Part shown: in pieces, positions 55,001 through 64,000 of the stretch
How the letters are laid out: each line of letters starts with the position of its first letter
Numbering within the stretch: the stretch's first letter is position 1
Assembly: GCA_964016885.1 (NCBI GenBank)
Contig: OZ024742.1
Coordinates: 344,348,001 to 344,412,000, forward strand
Direction: 5' to 3'
Length of the DNA: 64,000 bases
DNA from: Eledone cirrhosa
Taxonomy: Eukaryota
Notes under the pieces: generated by a model
Databases searched by the model: none
What the model was told of the DNA's origin: nothing
What the model saw: only the letters and a program-made list of their open reading frames with translations
Program-made: the position numbers and the translations under genes

Positions 55001-57408
55001 TTGCTCGATTGTTCGGGAACGGTGGGCCGGATCGGAGTATGGACTTCGGTGCATACCTCGACGGACTGCCGCGGCTCTCGACGACCAAAGCGCAGTGCTG
55101 CGAAAGGCCGATAACAGATCGCCAGGTTTGGATGGTCTACCCTACCAGCTTTATGCGTATATGCCAGACTTGTTCGGCGACCTCTTGGCAGATGTCTACT
55201 GCAACTGGCAGCAAAACGGGTGCATTCCCAGTTTTGTGAGCCGAGGACCGGTGGCGCTGCTGAGAAAAGACCCGAACAAGGGGGACGTTATAGAAAACTT
55301 CAGGCCCATAACTCTGCTGAACGCAGAGTTTAAGATTTTGGCCAAGGTGTTAGCAAAGAGATTGGCGCATTCCGGACACATCAATCCACGACAACCTCCA
55401 TTTCATACGATACATCATAGAGAGTTAAGGAACCTGGCACGGGTAGGGCCCTGATCAACTTGGATCAATCTAAAGCATTTGATAGGGTCGACCATCGGTA
55501 CCTGGTTGCGGTCCTCAAGGCGGCCGGCTTCGGCCCGTTTTTAGGGGCTGGATCGCTGCGATGCACAGCGACATCTGCTCGATTGTGAGGGTGAATGGTC
55601 ACCTGTCGCAGCCTTTCAGCATCATGCGCTCGGTCCACCATGGTTGCCGGCTCTCGTCCCTCCTGTCTTGTACGTACTGGTCCACGAGCCGTTACTTCAC
55701 AAATGACGATGAGGGGGATCCCACGCGAACTGGGATGCGGGAAATCCGTGTCAGCTTACGGCGACGACGTCACCGTGGTGGTGTCGAGCACAAAACACGT
55801 CCAGATGTTCGGCACCGCTCTCAAGGAATACGAAGCGGTGACAGGAGAAAAGATAAACCAGGAAAAGTTGGTGGGCTTGCAACTCGGCACCTGGAGAGGC
55901 AAGTCCATGCCGTCCGACAGCGTCGTGGGGGGCTGGACGGAAGGACCAGTTAAATTGCTCGGGGTCTGGTTCGGTCCGGACCTCCAAATGGAGAAAAACT
56001 GGAGCGAGGTGACGAGCAGGGTGGCCTCTCTCACCCAGAAATGGGCCGAGAGGAGACTGTCTCTGAAAAGTCGGGCGGAGGTGGCAAATGCGTACATAGC
56101 GTCCGTTATCTGCTACCGCCTGACCGTCGTACCTTGCTCCCGCCCAACTCTGATCAACATGGAACACCTTCTCTTCCGCTTTTTGTGGAAATGGACGTGC
56201 TCCCATGGTCAGACGATCCATTTGCTGTCAACACCCGTTGCGTGGAGGACTAGGAATGCCGTGGCTGATGATGCGCAAACATGCGCTGAGGCTGCGACAT
56301 CTCTGGTGCTTCCTTGACGGTGAACAGGTGTGGTCGCCGTTTGCCAGGCGCGCTTTTCCCCAGCTCGTCTCCTTGAAGGAGCTGCAGTCCTGGATCAGGA
56401 AAAGACCAAGGGATAGCGCTTGGAAGCTGGAATGTCTCCAAGCTCTCACCACCCTCTACCAGCTCGCCACTAGTATCGGTGGAACATCCACCTCGGCGTC
56501 CTATAGAGGGCTAGTGGAGGGAAAGAGCGACGACGTTCTAGGGGAGACCCTGGGCGTCGAAGAGGATCAGCTGTTCGCTCTCTTCAAGAGAACTTTCAGA
56601 CCGGGGCCTATGGACAACTGCTAGAAATCCCTGGCCTGGCAGTGCTACCGAGGAGCGTTCCCAGTTCGGGATAAGCTCTACAGGCACGGAGGTGCTTTCA
56701 GCTGAGCCTGTCTGAGATGCGCGCAGGGCGACGAAACCGTGCTGCACGCACTCGTTCAGTGCCCGAGGATTGCTGACTTGTGGAACTATGTCAAACAGTT
56801 GCTGTCACGTGTAGGACGGATCCGGTTATCGACTGAATCCATTGTGCAGATAGCCCCGCCATCCTCCTTTAAAGAGGAGGAAGGGCAGGCAGTTTTCATC
56901 TTCCTGGTGGCCATGGCGAAAGAGATTGTGTTGTGGACTAGGCTGAAAGGGTTGAACACGGACACTTTCCTCTTCGGCCAATCCCTGATTAACTTTTTCA
57001 AGTTTCACTTGAGGAGGAAAATCAGGGTGGAGAGGCAAGTGCTGTCTTCTAGTAAGTTTGTTGAAAGGTGGGTGAAAGTGGCGAGTCTGGTCCGAGTGAA
57101 CGCGCCCGCTCTGAGTATGCGCCTGTAGACAGAGGAGTGGGAAAACTGATATTGGGCGCTTGCCCTGGTGGTCAGGGTGGCCGTGGTCTTTTGTGTGCTT
57201 TTCGCCACGAGTGACTCTCGGAAGTCCCCCGCCCATTGGGGAATTTTTTGTTGTTTGGATTTTTTTTATATTTCTATCTTGTTATAACCTTTTTTTACAC
57301 GGCCAAAACCCACTTTGTATCTTCCTCTACCGTTCTGTGCGGTCTGTAATGTTTTTCTTCATGTTAGCCCTTGTGGCCAATAAAGAAACCAATATTATTA
57401 TTATTATT
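52040..57408 (+). mobile_element. Tx1-like LINE copy 2 (ORF1 remnant, ORF2 53815-57128 frameshifted, (ATT)n tail)
   Basis: APE motifs SINVRGL, SET, VGDWN; YWKLN; RT FRPITLLN, YGDD; zinc-finger C-terminus. Confidence 0.92.
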
Positions 57409-60400
57409 GAATGCTATGGTTGACGGAGGCTCGGCTCTATAAGGTATTGTAAATTTTGACCGTTATAACAATTGTAAATTGTTTAAAACTTTAACCAAAT
57501 TGTAGACAAAAACACCCTCCTCCTCGTGAGAGGGGTCTTTCTGCCCGTTATTTGGCCCTTCGGGGTTAAATAACCGCTTATTGGGGTTTTGTGCCCAATA
57601 TTTATTTTAAACAAAAAAAAACATGGCTACGAAAAAGAATTTTCATAGGTCACTCCCACTCATTCCGTCTTCTTCTTCCTCAATCGTCACTACAGCAGAG
57701 AGAAGATTGTCTCTCTCCCTCCCTTCTCTAAATGTGTCACTCTCCCTCCCTTTTCTTTCGGAAGCGACGCCAGTAAAGAAAAATCACGTGCAAAGCGTGC
57801 AAAATTTCTCCACGACGACGACAACGACGAAAAAGGTGTGCGGGAAATACGAAAACCCATTTCATTCATCTGACGTCATGAATAATAGCAGTAGCAGCCG
57901 TAATAACAGCAGCAGCAGCAACAGTGACAAGGAAAACAACAGTAGCAACCGCAACAGCATCAGCAGCAGCATAAACAACAACAGCATTAGCAGCAGCAGC
58001 AACAACAACCACAACAACAGCGGCAGTAGTCGTAGTACCTGCAGCAACAACAAAAGTAACAGCAGCTCTGACAACAACAACAACAACAACAACAGCAGCA
58101 AAGAAAAACCAATCTCGTTTGCAGGTATCGCAAAGAACCTGGAAACCATCCTCATAACAAATGAGGAATTAGAGGAAGCGAGGAAATGGTGTTGGTGCCC
58201 TCCTACTGCGGGAAAAAAATTGTGAGGGTCAAACTGACCCACGTCTCCCCCGGACTGGCCCCTTTTTGGATGGCTGCGTCTCTCCTCGTCGGAATCAAGG
58301 ACAAAAAAACTGTACTGCAAGTACAGAAAAAAGTAAGAGAAGATTGGGTCGGCACCTCCATTGAGATGTTAATCCAAACCAACCAGGAGTGCATCGAAGC
58401 TATCCCGGATGTGATAAACTTCGATAACGGCACTCAACTGCCCATAAGTGTTGAGGGCAAACGCCCGAAATGCTTTCGCTGTGGATCGAAGACTCACCTC
58501 AGGACCTCCTGCAACGAGAAGACCCTGAGAAAGGAGAAGACCCCCACCTTCCGAAACCAGCTCCACGGCTACCAGCAACAGGACAAGCGGCAACCAGGAA
58601 CGATAGGTCCGTGGCACCCATACCCACGCCACGGAAATCAAGAACAGCAGCAGCAGTGGAAGTATTAACAACAACAACAGTAATACCAAATGCAGCTGCA
58701 ACAGTGACTCCACTACAAACATCACCAACAACAACAAGTGAAAGAGTGGAGCTGGTACCCCTCCCCGACCTCACAGAATCAGACATGGAGTGTGAGGTGG
58801 GAGAGGGATGACAAAAGGTCGTAAGAAGGCACAAACGCAGAAGCAGCGCATCGTCGCCTTCGAAAAGGGAGGAAAGAAATGAAAAAAGGGTAAAGGCTAC
58901 TGTAAAGAGACTCACAGCAGCAACACCACCAACACCATCACCACCCACACTATCACCACCATCACCACCGGCGACAACCCCACCGCCAACAACAACAACA
59001 CCTTCAACACCACCAAAACAAGCACCAACATCGCAAACACAACAACAAAACACACACACCCAGCAACAACAACAAGAAAATAGCAGAACCACACCCCAAT
59101 AAATACACACAACAAGAAACTAATGACTTACATAATTGAACACACAGACATTTCACAGCACGACTACATAATACCAGCACCAATCAAGACGCCAACTAAC
59201 ATAAGACTGCTAAAAATAGCACAGAAACAATACACACATATCAAAACGAAATTCCCCAACGCAGTTGGTGATTTCAGAGACCTAGGAGGGACTCTCAACC
59301 GGAGAGTATATTCGGACATACTCATAGAAGAGCCGACGACCAGCCGAAGGGACGATTCACGGTCCCTTCACCAGACGATCAAGTGAAAAGGGATGGAGAA
59401 ACCACCCTTCCTCTACGAAAAGTACGGTAAGTGGTCTTTCCCATCTTTTCCAATCTATTTTAAACATGACCTCACTCAGAATAGGCAGCATAAATGCGCG
59501 TGGCTTGGGGTCGTCATGGAAGCAGGGTCACCTGCTCAACTACCTCAGGTCACTAAACATAGATGTAGTGGCCATCAGCAAGACCAGAATCTCCGAAGCA
59601 CGGGCCTTCGCACCGATCTTCGGCGGCTACGATGTGTACGCATCTCCCAGCCGTCCTGGATCGGGGGGGAGGAGTTGCTGTGCTTTTTCGGAGAGGTTTG
59701 GATCTCGCCATACGGGCCATCTTCCGGGACCCAGAGGGTAAGTTGGTGGTTCTGGACGTCACCAGCGGAGACGGGAAATCTTTAAGGCTAGTGGCCGTCT
59801 ATGCCCCAACAGGAGCAGGGCGGCCTGATTTCTTCCGGCGTCTGGAGACCTTTCTTGGAACGTCTCGCTCTTTAGTGTTAGTGGGCGACTGGAACGGGAT
59901 CTTAGATGCACGCTGGGACTGTGTGGAATTAGCGGATAGGGGTGGAGGGTGCAAGAGCCTCACCAACCTGCTCAGGCGTTTTGAACTGTCTGACAGGTAC
60001 CGATTGGATTTCCCGAATGTGCCAATGTGGACTTGGACAAATCGCATAGGGTCATCCAGATCATATCTAGATAGAGTATTTTGTAGGGAAATAGATAGGT
60101 CTAGAATAGGCTGTCCACAATTCAAGATAGTCAGCTACACGGACCACAAATTCGTGATCTGTGTGCTTGACTTAGATAGGCTTCATAGACGAGGACCCGG
60201 CTACTGGAAGCTAAACGCGTCCTTACCAGCGCGCAAGGCCTACAGAGACCGGATTAGCGAATTAGTTAAGCGGGCGTTGACGGGGGCCATCGTCAACAAC
60301 AAGTGGTGGTTTGCTCTACAAAGAGCGATTAGAATAGAATCCATTAGGTTTAGTAAGGCTTTAGCAATAGAGAAAAATATAGCAGAGGGAGAATTAGTTA

Positions 60401-63096
60401 GAAAATTAGACGAGGCGAAAATGCCCTTGACCAATTCTTCAATGCAAAGCACGAAGTCTGCGTTGTCAGAGCTAGGGTGCGTGCTCTCAGAGACGAGGGG
60501 ACGAAAGCCGTTCAATGGGCCCGAGTGGCGGAGGCGCGTCGTGGCAACAAAGCCACGATCCGGTCTTTGGTGGACCACGACGGGCGCATGCTACTCGATC
60601 CCGGGAAAATGTGTGAAGCTTTTCAGCGACACTTCGCTCAGCTGTTTGGGGGCAGCGGTGGGCCGGGTCGAGGGATGGACTTTAGTGTTTACCTCGACGG
60701 ACTGCCGCGGCTCTCAGCCACTGAGGCGGAGTGTTGCGAAAAGCCGATAACAGCCGCTGAAGTACGGGAGGAAATGACTGGCTGCACAAGGGGTAAATCG
60801 CCTATTTGGATGGTCTGCCCTATGAACTTTACGTACAGATGCCAGACTTGTTCGGAGGCCTCTTGGTGGACGTCTACTGCAACTGGCAACAGAACGGGAG
60901 AATTCCCAGCTCTGTGAGCCGAGGATCGGTGGCACTGCTGAGAAAGGATCCGAACAAGGGGGATAACATAGATAATTTCAGTCCCATAACTCTGCTAAAC
61001 ACAGAGTTCAAGATTTTGGCCAAGGTGCTAGCAAAGAGGTTGACGCTTGTCGTTGGTGGTCTGGTGGGAGAGGCGCAGACATGCGCCATTCCCGACAGAT
61101 CCATCCACGACAACCTCCACCTCATGCGATACATCGTAGAGAGGGTAGCTAGGGAACCCGGCACGGGTGGGTCCTTGATCAATTTAGATCAGTCGAAAGC
61201 TTTCGATAGGGTCGACCATCGTTACCTAGCGGCAGTCCTGAGGGCGGCTGGCTTTGGGCCCGTCTTCAGAGGCTGGATCGCTGCCATGCACAGCGACATC
61301 TGCTCTGTGGTGAGAGTGAACGGTCACCTTTCAGAACCGTTCAACATCATGCGCTCGGTCCGCCAAGGATGTTCCCTCTCGTCCCTCTTGTACGTATTGA
61401 CTCTCGAGCCATTACTGCACAAAGTGGAGACATTGAGGGGCGTCCCGCGCGAACTAGGATGCGGGAAATCCGTGTCAGCATATGCGGACGATGTCACCTT
61501 AGTGGTGTCGAACGCCAAACACATCGAGGCGATCGGCACTACACTAAGAGAATACGAAGAGGTGACAGGAGCAATGATCAACCAGGAAAAGTCAGTGGGC
61601 TTGCAGCTCGGCACCTGGAGAGGCAGGTCCATGCCGTCCAACAGCGTCGTCGGACGCTGGACGGACGGACCTGTTAAATTGCTAGGGTTCTGGTTCGATC
61701 CGGACCTCCAGACGGACAAAAACTGGGACGAGGTGACGAGCAGGGTGGCTTCTCTCACCCAGAAATGGGCTGAGAGGAAGCTATCCCTGAAAGGTCGAGC
61801 GGAGGTGGCTAACGCGTACATCGCGTCTGTCATCTGCTACCGCCTGACCGTCGTACCTTGTCCTAAGCCCCGCCTGACTGCGCTGGAGCGTTTGCTCTTT
61901 CGCTTTTTGTGGAAGGGACGCGCTCCGATGGTCAGGCGGTCCATCTGCTGTCAACACCCGCTACGTGGAGGGCTGGGAATGCCGTGGCTGATGATGCGCA
62001 GACACGCGCTCAGGCTACTACATCTCCACCTCTTCCTCGACGGTGATCAGGTTTGGTCGCCGTTTGCTAGACACGTATTTCCCCAGCTCGCTTCCTTGAC
62101 GGAGCTGCAGTCCTGGGTCAAGCGAAGACCGAGAGGGAGCGCCTGGAGACTGGAATGTCTTCAGGCGCTCACAGCCCTCGACCAATCGGGCAATGTGATC
62201 GGTGGAATCTCCACCTCGGCGTTCTATAGAGGATTAGTGGAGGGGAAGAGCAACGACGTACTTAGGGAAACTCTAGGCGTCGACGAAAATCAACTAGCCA
62301 ATCTCTTCGGAAGAACTTTCGGGCCGGGACCTATGGACAACTTCCAGAAATCTCTGGCCTGGCAAGGCTACCGAGGAGCCTTGCCAGTTAGGGATAAACT
62401 CTACAGGCATGGAGGTGCCGTCAGTCGGGCATGTCCGAGATGCGCGCAGGGCGACGAAACCGTCCTGCACGCACTCGTCCAGTGTCCGAAAATTGCTGAC
62501 TTGTGGGTTTGTGTCGAACACCTCCTGTCGCGTGTAGGACGGATCCGGCTATCATCTGAGTCCATCGTGAGGATTGCTCCGCCCTCTTCCTTTAGCCGGG
62601 AAGGGCAGGCAGTTTTTATCTGTCTGGTGGCCATGGCGAAATAGATAGTATGGTGGACACGTTTGAAAGGGCTGAAGAGGATCACTTACCTCTTCGGTGA
62701 TGCCCTGATTGACTTTTTCAACTTTCATTTGAAAAGGAAAATCAGAGTAGAGAGGGAAGTGCTCTCTTCCCAGCATTTTGTTGAAAGATGGGTGACAGAA
62801 GCAAGAATGGCCCGAGTGAATGGGCCTACTCTGGGTACGTATCTGTAAATTAAAGGTGGAAAACTGGGAGAGGGCACTTGCCTTGGTGGTCAAGGTCACA
62901 GCGGCCTTTTACTGGGCTTTCTCCACAAATGTCCCTCGGAAGTCTCCCCCCTATTGGGGAATGTTTTCACTGTTATTTTTTGTTACATCCTCTGTTTTTG
63001 TTTTTTACACGCAGAAATGCCCATTTGTACCGTCCTGTATTGTCCTGCACTGTCCTTAATGTCTACTTTATGTAAACCCTTGTGGTTAATAAAGAA

Positions 63097-63120
<24 letters not shown>
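57409..63120 (+). mobile_element. Tx1-like LINE copy 3, essentially full length but disrupted
   Basis: 5' UTR; ORF1 from 57623 with CFRCGSKTHLRTSC knuckle; ORF2 59466-62848 (APE NARGL/GDWN/YLDR/TDH, RT YADD); (ATT)n tail. Confidence 0.95.
57425..57592 (+). ncRNA. Candidate degenerate HDV-like ribozyme in the Tx1 5' UTR
   Basis: L3-like tcctcgt in ctc/gag, long P4 hairpin with TTCG loop, P2-like acaaaaacacc/ggggttttgt and P1-like gaggctc/gggtctt. Confidence 0.4.
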
Positions 63121-63137
<17 letters not shown>

Positions 63138-63223
63138 GATATATAGGGCGGTGCCCCAGCATGGCCTCAGCCGGACGGCTAGAACAGGTAAAATATATAT
63201 ACATATATATACTCAAGGTTTAG

Positions 63224-63279
<56 letters not shown>

Positions 63280-63458
63280 CTAAACCTTGAGTATATATAT
63301 GTATTTTTGAAAAGCATTTAGAAATGCGCAACCGGTAAAAACTTAAAAACTTAAAACCACGACTGAATACTAACCCATACAATCACTAATACTCTTTTAT
63401 TCCTAATTAAACCATTTTTCAACTGTGAACAATTTGTCAGCATTTTCTATTCCGTTTA

Positions 63459-63710
<252 letters not shown>

Positions 63711-63722
63711 CACACACACACA

Positions 63723-63827
<105 letters not shown>

Positions 63828-64000
63828 ATCGAAGGACTATTTTTATATGTAACCCATGTGCAAACCACGCAGTATTCTTCTTTCTTATGTTTTTTATATA
63901 TATTTACCTCGGCTGCGTTTCTCTGTTTCTCTCTTACTGCTTCCCCGCTCTCTTTGTTTCTCTCACCTTCTTTCGCCCCCTCTGTCAGTTACACTTTCTC

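Noticed and set aside
53079-62899. Long antisense ORFs over the Tx1 copies
   Set aside because: These are shadow frames of GC-rich or low-complexity LINE coding sequence.

Overview
Eukaryotic, AT-rich, repeat-saturated DNA with no recognisable host gene. The SINE types and the density of (TA)n/(CA)n tracts suggest a cephalopod such as Octopus; that is an inference. Large elements are all damaged non-LTR retrotransposons: a CR1-like relic (2.6-4.4 kb), R4/Dong-like RLE LINEs (5.1-5.8, 19.3-22.6, 30.9-32.4 kb), RTE fragments, a Naiad-like Penelope element (43.4-46.5 kb), other Penelope RT/GIY-YIG relics, and a head-to-tail array of three Tx1/L1-clade LINEs (50.2-63.1 kb). Non-autonomous Helitron-like elements, tRNA-derived SINEs and mariner-type MITEs fill the gaps. 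The main unexplained layer is about 11 sequence-distinct short ORF-less units next to (TA)n tracts, each carrying a type I hammerhead ribozyme core and often arranged as tandem or fold-back copies. Two unrelated tandem families (~320 bp and ~440 bp units) share an ATATGCAAAT-N30/31-AAAGTATATA cassette just upstream of the ribozyme, suggesting self-promoted retrozyme-like RNAs. A candidate HDV-like ribozyme lies in the 5' UTR of the full-length Tx1 copy. All RNA structures were paired by eye and boundaries are approximate.
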